From: Chiloscyllium plagiosum | Lineage: Eukaryota | DNA: 64,000 nt | Direction of reading: 5' to 3' | Assembly: GCF_004010195.1 (NCBI RefSeq) | Contig: NC_057718.1 | Span: 34,373,239-34,437,238, forward strand | Shown: positions 1 through 11,883 of the stretch, piece after piece | How the letters are laid out: each line of letters opens with the position of its first letter | Numbering within the stretch: the first letter of the stretch is position 1 | Notes under the pieces: model-generated | The model's input: the letters and a program-made list of their open reading frames with translations, nothing else | Told to the model about the DNA's origin: nothing | Database searches by the model: none | Program-made: the position numbers and the translations under genes

Positions 1-110
1 ATTCCTTTCTTTCCTATCAAGTCAGGCTGCAAGACTGCAGTCTCTGTGTGCCCACTGCAAACAAGACCAAAGCTTACCCAGACAGTACACCCCCCTCCAC
101 AGAACATCAG

Positions 111-333
111 AGTTGAAAACTGTGGCTGGAAAAGCACAGCAAGTCAGGCAGCATCCGAGGAGCAGGAGAGTTTATGTTTCGGGCACAAGCCCTTCATCAG
201 GAATGTCTTATGAAAGGTTTATGCCCAAAACATCGACTCTCCTACTCATCGGATGCTGCCTGACCTGCTATGCTTTTCCTGTGCCACACTTTGTGACTCT
301 GACTCTCCAGCATCTGCAGTCCTCACTTTCTCC
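111..333. mobile_element. Fold-back (palindromic) Penelope pseudo-LTR-derived element, family A, with TSD
   Basis: Inverted arms (ggaaaagcacagcaagtcaggcagcatcc ... ggatgctgcctgacctgctatgcttttcc) ending in ctcactttctcc. Direct repeat ctccacagaacatcag at 95-110 and 330-345. Degenerate CTGATGA..GAAA motif on the minus strand. Confidence 0.8.
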
Positions 334-729
334 ACAGAACATCAGTGCTGCGACCTGTTTATTTTCTCTTCTTCCTAAATGACCATGTGGGCCTTCTCCC
401 AATAATTCAGTCAAAAGAGTTCTAAGCAAGATTACTGTGAGCAATATTACCTGAAAGATTCAAATTTTCTCTCCCTGCTGTTTAACATACGTGTTAGTTT
501 ATTAATTATGTCTCATCTTCACTGAAATAATAAATAGGAAATTATTAGAATCCGCCACACTGAAGAATCTAATGGACTAAGTATTAACAGTAATGAAGAT
601 TTGGCATTTTCTAGCTGTTTATAGAGGCTGGATAAAATTTGCTCCTATGTGTTAGTGTGTTCACATCTGCAGGCCACTGACCTATTTCTCACAATGAGAC
701 ATCTATGCAGCGAGTAAACACATAGCTAT

Positions 730-2330
730 TCCCTGCCAAGTTTTCCTGCAGACAGTCAGGATGGAGTGGGAGGTTTATGGCATTAACACGAATCTTTTGG
801 TTCTTTTTTGGCTAAGTGTGAGCTCCGTCAGGTGTTTTAGAGGGTTTGTTTGCCACGAGATTGAATGGGATTTTTCTCTGTATTCTACAAAACCCATCTC
901 CTTAACTACCTCCCCTGCCCCTGTGCTGTCCCTCTTGTCTGATTTTATGCCCATCCTACCACGAGACATTCTTGAAACAACTCATTGCACAGCAGAAAAC
1001 TGGCAAAAGACCAACATCCCTGGTGCTCTTGCCATCTTTAAAAGCCATTGTGCACTCGAGCGAGTCTGCCTGGCTGGGTGAGGACCACAGGGCAAAGATG
1101 GCAGAGAAGGGATTGTCGAACAGGGACTTGGAATTTCTTTTGGAGGGGCTGATGCAGGGGAGAGGCATTGTCCTCACAGAGCACCAGCAGAGGATGCCAC
1201 AACACCAGGTCCTAGCCGCCTGGTCTGAGGTCACCAGCTGAGTTGTGTAGACTCCATGGAATGGAGGTACAGCCAACAGTATGGCATGAAGGTCAATAAC
1301 CTCTTGCAATCCACTGAAATTCCACACCTCACTCTCTGCTACCTCACACCTACTCTGTCTCTGCTACTGCACCCAACTCCCACCAATGCTCATGCTCTGC
1401 CACTCTCACTATTGCCTGCAAAGTCTTCACTCACCCGCTCTTACTCCCTCCCCAACTGCCCACATCACTAATCCTAATCCTGCCCTCTGTGCTGACTCCT
1501 CACTTCTTCAGAATGCCTTACAACCTTCCAACCACCTCGGCCAGCGTTAACTGCCACATCACCCATTTTCAGCTCCCTCAATCCTTCCCTGGCCCTCGTT
1601 CCAGGAGAAAACATTGGAACTGGAGCAGGAGTAGATAATTCAGCCTCTTTAGCCCGTTCCACCATGGGTGAGATCATGGGTAATCTCACCTCTACCTTAA
1701 CTCCCATTTCCTATGTGCTTCCCATAACCTGTTAACCTATAATAATCTATCTCCTCCTTAAATTTATTCAATGTCCTGGCATATATCACACACTGTGGGA
1801 TAGTGAATTCCACAAATTCATGACCCAATCTTTGTTTTAAATCTGCCACCCCTTAGTCTAAGTCTATGATCTCTTGTTCTCAAATGCTCCACAAGAGGAG
1901 ATATCCGCTTGATATCTACATTATTACCTGCCCAGTAGCTTTTTGCAATTCTTGCATGAGGGTACCCAGATCCGTGCAGGAATTCAGTGATGCTATGGGC
2001 ACCCAGCTGCCCCAAATATGCAGCTGTCTGTCTTCCTCTGCAGACAACTTGGCGGCAGCAATAGAGAGCCAAGTCCAACTGGCTGCTATGGCACCACAAG
2101 ACTGACAGAGACCCACTCCATGGGCTAGAGGGGCACAGACCCCCTGACTGAGAACACACACACACCAACCACACACCTGACCAAGCTGATCTTTCAACTG
2201 GTATTAGAGGCAGTACTTGACTTCCTGTTCTGGGACCCGCTGACAAAAGAATTGAGAGGCTTTGGCAGACATTACTGCCACAAGTCAAACCATAAGTCAC
2301 TTTGTTCAGGGCTCTGTAAGATTCTGCCCC
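730..2330 (+). mobile_element. Degenerate PIF/Harbinger-type DNA transposon with Myb/SANT-like remnant (about 1098-1315)
   Basis: Peptide MAEKGLSNRDLEFLLEGLMQGRGIVL..QHQVLAAWSEVTS..QQYGMKVNNLL resembles Harbinger Myb/SANT proteins. Ends with gtaagattctgccc, a TIR-like end similar to those at ~3770 and ~6580. Boundaries approximate. Confidence 0.55.
1606..1920 (-). mobile_element. Old CR1 LINE 3' fragment nested in the Harbinger remnant
   Basis: gtgaattccacaaattcatgaccc and ttttaaatctgccacccctta match the CR1 3' regions elsewhere in the window (e.g. 56250-56350). Confidence 0.6.
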
Positions 2331-2946
2331 TAGTGTGCAGCATGTTCAAACTCTGGTGCAGTGGAAGATTTATTTTTATCCATTTTGTGAAGCTGTTTTC
2401 TTTGACTGCACCACCTGTTGAACAATGGACAATGAACTGTTTCTAAGTCAGATTTCTAAATGACTTAATAGAATCCTTTTCCAGAAATTTTAATTTCCTC
2501 AGTTATTTTCCTTCCTAAACTTCTTTCTTTCCATCAGTACAGACTCTTCCCTTCAATCTTGTTGCCTTTATGATCTGCATTATCTTTGGACTGATTTCCT
2601 GCCTGGCCCCCATGAAGCTGCAGAGGCTGTGGAAAATGTGATTTTTATATTGGTATCAATTTAAGCAGCACATACCTGTGGATAGCCTGAAGGATATTTA
2701 GGGTGATATGGTGTAACTGAAGATGACGGTAAACTCTCGAAATGCCAACATTCTGAACTACAAAAGCAAAAAGATATCTGCAGACCTTCTGCTATCAGCA
2801 CTGAAAGGTGTGCCCACTTCAGCTATGGGCATGTTGCTAGGATGGCTGACTGCCAACAAGGGCTGCCATCCCGAATAAGAATTGTAACTCTGCCTTCAGG
2901 AATGCCAGCCCAGTCAGCATGCTGCCAGCCCAGCAACACCCAGAGG

Positions 2947-3277
2947 TTTTTAGATTACTTACAGATTAGATTAGATTACTTACAATGTGGAAACAGGCCC
3001 TTCGGCCCAACAAGTCCACACCGTCATGTCGAAGCGCAACCCACCCATACCCCTACATTTACCCCTTACCTAACACTACGGGCAATTTAGCATGGCCAAT
3101 TCACCTGACCTGCACCTCTTTGGACTGTGGGAGGAAACCGGAGCACCCGGAGGAAACCCACGCAGACACGGGGAGAACGTGCAAACTCCACACAGTCAAT
3201 AGCCTGAGGTGGGAATTGAACCCGGATCTCTGGCGCTATGAGGCAGCAGTGCTAACCACTGTGCCACCGTGCTGCCC
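2947..3277 (-). mobile_element. HE1-type tRNA-derived V-SINE
   Basis: Reverse complement has A box tggcacagtgg, B box gggttcaattccc, central gtggagtttgcacgttctccccgtgtctgcgtgggtttcc, and a LINE-like tail ending in (taatc)n. Confidence 0.9.
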
Positions 3278-4791
3278 ACTAGTGGCCAGTGCTGAAGCTG
3301 CAGCGGCAGAGGGAGGCAATCTTGGGAATAGTTCAGGTGGGTAAATGGTACTGGGAGATACCAGGGACTGGCAGAGAGGTCTTGCTGGTGAGGAAGCACT
3401 TGGGGGGAGTGGAGGGGAGGGGAGTGCCATTGTTAAAGGACTGGTCATTGCCGCTACTGGGCTATTCCCAAAAATGAGGTCCCGAGTCCCTTGCAGTCTG
3501 CTGTGTGGCTGCCGGGACTTGGATGGGGACCTCCCCATGTGATGGTGGTCCACCTTGAATCGGGTAAAAATGCCTCTGGAGGCAGGGGTTATTCTTCCAG
3601 TGGACAGCACACTGGCTGAACTGGGCATTCAGCAGATGGTTGATCTGACACTTTTCTTGCTGCTTGAGAAATGATGTGGTTTTGGGGGACGTTGAGTACC
3701 ACACTAGATGTCATCTCAGACCATCTTGCCAATCTTTCAGTCTCCTAGCCCATCAGCCAAGGACCGGTAAATTCCTGCCTATATTTTAGGTCTATGAGCT
3801 TTTGTCAAATGTTACAAAATTCCATGTTTGTTCTAATTCTTATCATGGTAGCGTCATTGCATGTCACCTCCCTGTTCATTATTCCAAGTGTTAACCCTTT
3901 AAGTGTCACCACCAAAATAGTTGACAGGGGAAATGTGATATGAATGAGCTACATTATGCAGAGTATCATGAAAATAATTTCTAGCTATGATCCATGGGAT
4001 ATGATAACCCTGGCCTTTACACTCCTACTTGGCAGCAAGGAGCTCACACTCCACTTCACAACTGAGCCCCGTAATAAGAACCAATTAGAGGTCTCACACC
4101 TGCTAACAGTCAGGAGGTTAGTGGATTATCAGTTGGGAAGATTCATGGAAATCAGTCAGGGATCTGGCCCAGTGATCATTTAAGGCAGTCCATCCAGGTC
4201 AGTCAGGAGAATGGAGCCTGGGAGTCAGCAGACTGAATTCTTATCAGGAGACGTTATTGGGGTAGGGAGGTGGAGTACTTAGCATTGAAGATTGGAGGCA
4301 GTAATCTGGGATTCAGAAAGTACAAGGATGGTGAAGAGGCTGAATTTGATATGTTAGTGGGGTGACTCATTAGTGCACAGGATGATATAGGATGCTGTGG
4401 GAGGGGATGCTCGGCTATCATGATCACTGTTGTCATGATGGGGGTCTGTTGAAATGACCAAACTGTAATGACTGAGTTCAGGGAGTAAGGGTGAAAGTTG
4501 GAATCGTAGTTCAAGGTGGAGTGTGGGAACATATGGGAGTTCAGGAGTAGGGACCTGACAAATAGGCTGGCCCTGGTACTCATTGTGTCAAACACAACCT
4601 GTATTACCTGCCATAATTTGCCAAGTGGTAAATGATCTATGAGTGGAGAATACCTGGAGTGTATGGAGTCACGGTCTGTTTACTGTGAAAAAAGTGTAGG
4701 TTCCACTTCTGAACAACAGGATGTCCTTCAAGGGGCATTTACATCAATTATATCATTGCAGAGGACAGGTTGAAATAATCAACAATAATGG

Positions 4792-4830
4792 GTGTGTGTA
4801 TGTGTGTGTGTTTGTGTATGTGTGTGTATG
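4792..4830. repeat. (GT)n microsatellite, imperfect
   Basis: gtgtgtgtatgtgtgtgtgtttgtgtatgtgtgtgtatg. Confidence 0.9.
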
Positions 4831-5727
4831 TAAATCCTGGTGACCATGTCATTGCTCATTGCAGTTTGCACACAGGCATCTCTGAGGTAGCAGTAACCAC
4901 AGGCAACCTTAGAAGAGACACCTGTGGGAAACAAATGTAAAGCCCTGGGGTGCACAGGGACATGGAGCTGATTCATCCTGAACTGTAAGCATGATACCAT
5001 CTATGGATGATGTGGGTCCAGCAGCAAAAGGGTTCAGTAATTATGCAGCAACTACAATCTCCCATCTCTTTGCCTCATTGGTGATTCATTCATCAGAATA
5101 AAGTCCAATGTCAAAGCACCAAAATGAGTCATTCCGCAGTCCTTCTTGTCTCCTTGACCCCCATATCCAACTGTGTGGAGGAACATGTAAAGTTGTATGT
5201 GATGTGAATGCTGACTGCTGTCATTGTGAAGAACCTGTTCTGTTTCTGATATTCTAATACAGGGTCCTTGGAAGTGGAACTGATGGATCCAACCCCAACA
5301 GAGGTTATCATCATTGTCTCTGTGATGCAACGAAGGCACAGAGAAATGGAAGAGGAATAGATGCCCCAGCAAGCCCAGGACTAGCAGCAATCTCCAGCAG
5401 ACACTGAGAAATCACCACAGGAAGAGATTAGAGGTGACAGGCCCTTTGGCTCTGGATACCCCAGGAGGGACAGCCTGAGTCTTGGTCCTCAATGCTCTTT
5501 CTTCTAGATGAATGAGGCTTGATGTTGGTATTGGCTAAGGCCGCTCTGAGACACAGTCGCTGAACCATTCTAATTGTGGCTGTAGCCTGGGCAGTAGGAT
5601 TTACCAACAGATCTGGCTTCTCCCAGGAGCAGGGTGAATAGATTGTAAACATGCTGTGCTGAGAGAACCGTATTATAACAGAGCTGAGTTCATCAGTGGG
5701 GAAAGATTCCATTCCTCAGTGTGCAAA

Positions 5728-6375
5728 TAGAGTCATACAGTCATAGAGATAAACAGCATGGAAACAGACCCTTCGGTCCAACCCGTCCATGCCGACCAGA
5801 TATCCCAACCCAATCTAGTCCCACCTGCCAGCACCCGGTCCATGTCCCTTCAAACCCTTCCTATTCATATACCCATCCAGATGCCTCTTAAATGTTGCAA
5901 TTGTACCAGCCTCCACCACATCCTCTGGCAGCTCATTCCATACACGCACCACCCTCTGCATGAAAAGGTTACCCCTTAGGTCTCTTTTATATCTTTCCCC
6001 TCTCACCCTAAACCTATGCCCTCTAGATCTGGACTCGACAACCCCAGGGAAAAAAACTTTGCCTATTTATCCTATCCATGCCCCTCATAATTTTGTAAAC
6101 CTCTATAAGGTCACCCCTCAGCTTCCCACGCTCCAGGGTAAACAGCCCCAGCCTGTTCAGCCTCTCCCTGTAGCTCAGATCCTCCAACCCTGGCAACATC
6201 CTTGTAAATCTTTTCTGAACCCTTTCAAGTTTCACAACATCTTTCCGATAGGAAGGAGACCAGAACTGCACGCAATATTCCAACAGTGGCCTAACTAACA
6301 TCCTGTATAGCCGCAACATGACCTCCCAACTCCTGTACTCAATACTCTGCCCAATAAAGGAAAGCATACCAAACA
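5728..6375 (-). mobile_element. CR1 LINE, 3' end (ORF2 C-terminus and tail)
   Basis: ORFs give LVRPLLEYCVQFWSPSYRKDVVKLERVQKRFTRMLPGL and RVVRVWNELPEDVVEAGTIATFKRHLD. Tail is ctctatgactgtatgactcta on the minus strand. Confidence 0.92.
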
Positions 6376-7240
6376 TAAGGTGTGCAGTTAATAAGATGAT
6401 TCGCATGCAATAATCTCCATTGATAGGCAACTCACTGTTCCCTAGTGAGAATCTCACCATCACCGCTTGGCAAATGCAGAAAAGATGTAGCGAGTTGCTC
6501 GCGACATCAAGATAGGCCTGGCTGGACTTCTCACCCCATTTTAGCCCATTTCTGTCCATCTCATTTAGGCCCTGATAAAATTCCACCCCTTGGGTGCCAT
6601 TGAAAGTACTTAAAGGAGTTTAAGACTGCTGATCTTAATAAGGGACAAGAAAAATGCTTTAAACATCTGAACTAGTAACTTTGGGTCATCTTGTTATGTC
6701 TACAATTTTGGCCTTAAATTTGCTCCCATTCAGAAGTGCCAAATACTCATATTCTTTGATCTTTTCCACGAAGAGTGAAATTATATCATCAGTTGACTTG
6801 AATTCAAGACATGTAAGTTTATTGTGCTGCAAGTTTGTACATAGTCATATTTCTGTATGATATAATTGTGAATCATTTACATATAGATTTCAGTTCTGAC
6901 TTCCATGTTGAGAATATTTGCTAAAACGTTCCAGGAAATTCCAACCCACAATATATTCAGTCCTGAACGGTCCTTCATGGTTCTATTATCTGCTTATCTA
7001 CCCTCTCATAATTTAAGCCATTATGTTCCAGTCTGTGGTTGTTTTGAAAACAGCTTCTATAATCTTTGAAAGAGGAACTGCAGTAGAATTGTGAGAAACT
7101 CAGTCAGGATGCAACATGACATTTAGGAACTATGGGCTAAATTTTCTTACGTTGTGCATTGTAGGGAAAATAGCTTGCATTGCATTTTTTGACTCAAATT
7201 TATTTAATTGCGCCAAAAAGAATTGTATTTCATGAGCCCC

Positions 7241-7541
7241 NNNNNNNNNNNNNNNNNNNNNNNNNNNNNNNNNNNNNNNNNNNNNNNNNNNNNNNNNNNN
7301 NNNNNNNNNNNNNNNNNNNNNNNNNNNNNNNNNNNNNNNNNNNNNNNNNNNNNNNNNNNNNNNNNNNNNNNNNNNNNNNNNNNNNNNNNNNNNNNNNNNN
7401 NNNNNNNNNNNNNNNNNNNNNNNNNNNNNNNNNNNNNNNNNNNNNNNNNNNNNNNNNNNNNNNNNNNNNNNNNNNNNNNNNNNNNNNNNNNNNNNNNNNN
7501 NNNNNNNNNNNNNNNNNNNNNNNNNNNNNNNNNNNNNNNNN
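7241..7541. other. Assembly gap (N run)
   Basis: 301 consecutive N. Confidence 1.
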
Positions 7542-7862
7542 CCCTCAATTTCTTTAGTCATCCAGTATTCCCTATAGTTACCAGCCTTCCCTTTCACCCT
7601 GACAGGAATATACTTTCTCTGGATTCTTGTTACCTCATTTCTGAAGGCTTCCCATTTTCCAGCTGTCCCTTTACCTGTGAACATCTGCCTCCAATCAGCT
7701 TTTGAAAGTTCTTCCTAATACCGTCAAAATTGGCCTTTCTCCAATTTAGAACTTCAACTTTTAGATCTGGTCTATCCTTTTCCATCACTATTTTAAAATG
7801 AATAGAATTATGGTCACTGGCCCCAAAGTGCTCCCCCACTGACACCTCAGTCACTTGCCCTA
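7542..7862 (-). mobile_element. CR1 ORF2 fragment (region following the endonuclease domain)
   Basis: EVSVGEHFGASDHNSIHFKIVMEKDRPDLKVEVLNWRKANFDGIR; the 7542-7715 part is homologous to 46748-46920. Confidence 0.88.
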
Positions 7863-7929
7863 ATGATCAATGACCATTGCTTCCACTTCTTAGGAGTCTC
7901 CATCCAGTACCTCGAAGCTGCCATTTTAG

Positions 7930-8200
7930 CTACATCCTTGAGAACTCTCATGTTCCTGCTGGATTTGGTAGTCTGGATGACTTACAAGATTAGTTTGGGA
8001 GAAAAGGCCAATGCACTGCACTATGGCTGACCCTGATATGCAATCCCACCGACTGGAGCATAATTCCACACACAATGCTGCATGCTCTCTGACCAGTGTC
8101 ATGATGGAGCAGATGATAGGCCTGTTGAAGATGAGATTCCAGACAGGGTGTGCCGCATAATGCATTCATGCTGTACTCTGTATAATTGGAACATGCAGAG
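7930..8200 (+). mobile_element. Harbinger transposase C-terminal remnant
   Basis: HNAACSLTSVMMEQMIGLLKMRF..RVCRI....CCTLYN matches the HARBI1-type H..TR..IEQ.IGLLKMRF...CC.LHN motif. Confidence 0.65.
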
Positions 8201-8211
8201 TGAGAAGGTTA

Positions 8212-8330
8212 TAGAACATAGAATATAGAACATAGAACAATGCAGCACAGAACAGGCCCTTTGGCCCTCAATATTGCACCGATCTGTGAACTATTCTCAG
8301 CTCGTCCCCCTACACTATCCCATCCTCATC
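8212..8330 (-). mobile_element. CR1 extreme 3' tail
   Basis: (agaacat)n repeat then cagcacagaacaggccctttggccc; same tail type as at 23481. Confidence 0.75.
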
Positions 8331-9769
8331 AATGCGCTTACGCAAGCAGATGAAGTAGGAGAGTGGGAGCAGACTTCCAAGGAGAAAATTAGGATATTTA
8401 GCAGGAGTTATATCATCTTCTGCCAGACAGTGCACAGCAATCTTGGGAGCTTCAAGCCAGTCAGGAATTGACTCCTGGTTCCAATAGATACTAGGAATCA
8501 CTGTAAGATAATGTAACATTTTTCTTTTTTTTCTCATTTTGTATTTAAGATTTGTACGTAGGTACTGTGTACCTAAGGTAACACCACGAGGGGCGATATT
8601 GTAAACTTTTCACTGTACTCCTGTACTTGAGTATGCATGACAATAAAACCTATTTCTAAATTCTAAGATGAAAGTTGGGTGTAGTGAGCACTCATTGACT
8701 GTAAAATTGTTGGTGGCTAGCAATTTGATCCAGTTCATAGAGACAAAAGCAGCTTCTGTTTGTTCACTTTGATATTTGCGAAGAGAAGTGGATATTTTGA
8801 GGTAACTGAAGGCTTTTCTATCTGTGATAGTTCCGCATTGAATGATGATAAATTGTTGTGCTACAGCGGACCTTGGGGAAAGAGCAGCAGTGACAGAGAG
8901 AGGATTGTAAGATAAGCTGTAGCTAAGGAAAGATAAGCTGTGTGGCCTGGTGCTTAAACATCAGTAGGTGTAGGGATGTGCAGTTGTATGTGTCAGAAAA
9001 TGTCAGCAGTGTCACCTCTGTGTCACAAGAAGTGTCTGATTGCAGCTGCTGTGTTATTATGCTGGTTTTTGAAGGACAACTTTAGACTTCCAACACTTGA
9101 CCGTCTGCACAGTTAAGATTCCAAAATGGCACCAACACCAAGGATGCCAGTGTATCCGTCAGGATATTCTGGATCTTTGGGTATGGTAAGTTGGAGAATT
9201 AGTCTCGAATCAAATTAGTGGGTCATCATAGGGTTATGGTAGGTACTTAATGAGGCAAATTTGGGACATCCACTTGAAAATTAGAAATATGGTAAGGTAC
9301 AGTCCATAAAGTATTTATTTTAGCTTAGTTTGTTTCTGTTGTTAGATATACATACCTGATGTGGTTCTCTGAGATATATACTTAAGTTCTTTATTAGCAA
9401 TCCTTTTACTGAAAGTTTAATTTCCAAAAGCAATTTTGCTCCTAATTTTCCTTTCATGTGGCTCAACATTGTGATTATTGAAATTAGCACTGAGTCACAA
9501 CTTATTTTCACTCAGTTCTGTTTCTCTGCCTGGTTGGCCTTTGTTACTGAGAGCTGGTTACTTGATACATTGTAGCCAGTTGCTCCTGGCTCTGGCCAAC
9601 TGATTAAATGGGTACTAAATCAAGACTTTACCCATTATGGACAGATGCTGCCTCGATTTCTAAAAGGCTTTCATGCAAGCTATCATCAGTCACACTTCAG
9701 GATCGACGTCTGCTGATCTCAGCAATCTCAGGATTGACTCTAATGTCCCTAAGGGGGGGGGTGGGCACT

Positions 9770-9922
9770 GCCACATTAATGCCCCACCCACCTCTTCCCA
9801 TGACCTCCTTCTGCCCCAAGTGTAGCAGAGCCTGTGGAAGCTGCATTGGTCTGTACAGCCACCTACGGATTCACCCTGAGAATGGAAGTGAGTCGTCCTC
9901 ATCTGTGAGGGACCGCCAATGC
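9770..9922 (+). mobile_element. RTE-clade LINE 3' end with C2H2-like motif
   Basis: FCPKCSRACGSCIGLYSHLRIH resembles the RTE ORF C-terminus (C..C.R.C.SRIGL.SH.R.H). Confidence 0.7.
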
Positions 9923-10590
9923 CATTTGGTGAAATAGTGCGTAAGAGAGGGCATGAAGTTTGATACAGTCTGTTCTGATATGACATGATAGTTCTGATCC
10001 CGTGTGATCCCCTGTTATATAAAAGAAATTGTGGAATAGCAGCACCACTTAAACCAATTGGACCGGATTCGCATTATAGCCAATACAGGTCAGGAAACTT
10101 TGCATTCTACAAATAATGGTCTAAAATCTTCAATCCTGTTATAGCCAATTCAAGTTGAAGAAACGCATGTTATAGCAAAACCAACTGTATAGCGGCATGG
10201 ATTAGCATGGAGGGTATGAGAGACAACGGGATGTGTACTCTGGCATAGATTGGAATGGAATATGAGAAGTCATGGGAGATGTACATGACATGTATAAGTT
10301 GTCGTGGAAAGTATGAACGGTTATCGTGGAGTTGGATCCATATCATGATTTGGCATGAGTTAGCAGGGGTGGCACGTGGAGAGTAAATGGGGGATGTTTG
10401 ATGAGATCTGAGGGTGAAGGCTTTTACATACTTTGTTTGGTTAATACCAGACAGAATTCTCCGTTCTTTGTCCAAAGTCACCTGGCTCTACCCAGCGATC
10501 CCTACTAGCCCTGGACGAAAATCTGACACGCTGGCAGACTTTCCCTGGAGTCCCTGCACCTGACGTGTGGATGAAAATCTAGGCCATTGT

Positions 10591-10667
10591 TTACACACAT
10601 TCATGAGGAATTGGTACCCGTGTACAGAAGGACCGCTGATACCCGTGGAATTTGATCTGTTCAAAAC
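10591..10667 (-). other. Candidate terminal coding exon of an unidentified gene (G-FEQIKFHGYQRSFCTRVPIPHECV*)
   Basis: Acceptor tctttcttttcag|G on the minus strand, open frame to TAA, several retained CpGs in CpG-poor DNA. No protein recognised. Confidence 0.3.
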
Positions 10668-11439
10668 CTGAAAAGAAAGACAATTGTGTGGGGAGCATTT
10701 TATAAACAGTTAGACTGATGATAAAATGAGAGACTTTGTGCATCTCGTGACAGCTATTTAATCATTCATTTAGAAATTCAATTCCAACAAAAACATCAGG
10801 AAACGGTTAACAGGAACTTACATTTTAAGCAAAAGTGATTAAGCTTCTAAAGTACTCGGACCAGAAATTTTATAACATGAAAGTGAATGGGATCTGCTTG
10901 GCTGCATTGAACAGTATTTACCTGAAGCTGACTATATAGTAAAGATTATTCTATACATCAATATCACATTGCATGCTTTTTTCATTGAATGGAGACAAAA
11001 AGCTGAGTTCAACAATGGCTTAATATAAAATGTTTTTGCACTAAAACTAAATTGTTTACTTGAGTTGAACTAATCCAGTGGAAGGGACACGACCTGTTTT
11101 TAAGTCAAGCTTATCACATGCGTAAGATTTTTTTTCCCACACTCAGTAAAATAATGCGAGTAATTCAATGATCCTTCCCTCACTCCCCCACCTACCGCAC
11201 CCCGCCACCCAATTTTCTCCTCTCTAATCCTCTGTCCCAAAGTAACAATAATAATACCTGCTGTTCACAAGTCAGTCTTCAGAAGGAATAGGATCAAATT
11301 TGAAAGTATAATATATATCTGAATGATAATTTATTTCCTCTCCACCTTGCAATATACTGTCTCTTGCTATGATACAGATCAGTGGGTACCACCACATCCT
11401 GTTTGTTCAGTATTTATATTGGAGCTTTGGCTGTGAATG

Positions 11440-11600
11440 TGATCCTCACTTGATGTCCACATGTGATAGGGGATCAATGGATAATCATCAGAAGCAGGAA
11501 TTCTGAAAGATTTCCCTCTTCAATTCAGGATACAGTGAGGTGAATTGTTACACCTCGACCAAACCTCTGGCTAAGATTAGCCAACTCAGCACAAAGTTGG
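11440..11600 (-). mobile_element. LF-SINE-like ancient SINE fragment
   Basis: Reverse complement tgtgctgagttggctaatcttagcc..acaattcacctcac..ttcctgcttctgatgattatccattgatcccct resembles the recalled LF-SINE consensus. Confidence 0.5.
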
Positions 11601-11883
11601 GATGGTTTTTGGAGTTTCTTTTAGAGCCTGCAACAAAGTGACTACATTACAATAACCACAACCATATTCCTTTATGCATAATATTTCTCTATATGTGGTG
11701 CAGATGCTGCAATTATGCATAAATATCACTTGGCAGAACCTGCCGTATCAGAGTGGCAAGAAGCTGAGAGCGGTGGTCGAAAGTGTTTTTGTGACTGGAA
11801 GCTGTTGTTTAGTAGGGTTTCACAGGGATCAGTGTTGCGGCATTGCTGTTTGTGGTATACATACATGATTCAGATTTAAATGT

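Larger units (their letters stand above)
4000..6590. mobile_element. Fossil Harbinger transposon: Myb/SANT-like remnant (-, ~5210-5400) and DDE transposase remnant (+, ~5600-5715), interrupted by a CR1
   Basis: 5612-5715 reads, with frameshifts, GFSQEQG.IDCKHAVLREP..AEFISGERFHS (HARBI1-type GFPQVQG.IDCTHV..FINRKGFHS). Right end gataaaattccaccc at ~6574-6588. Left boundary uncertain. Confidence 0.5.

Noticed and set aside
9608..9937. C2H2 zinc-finger gene
   Set aside because: A single motif matching the RTE LINE C-terminus followed by an element-like 3' end; no finger array.
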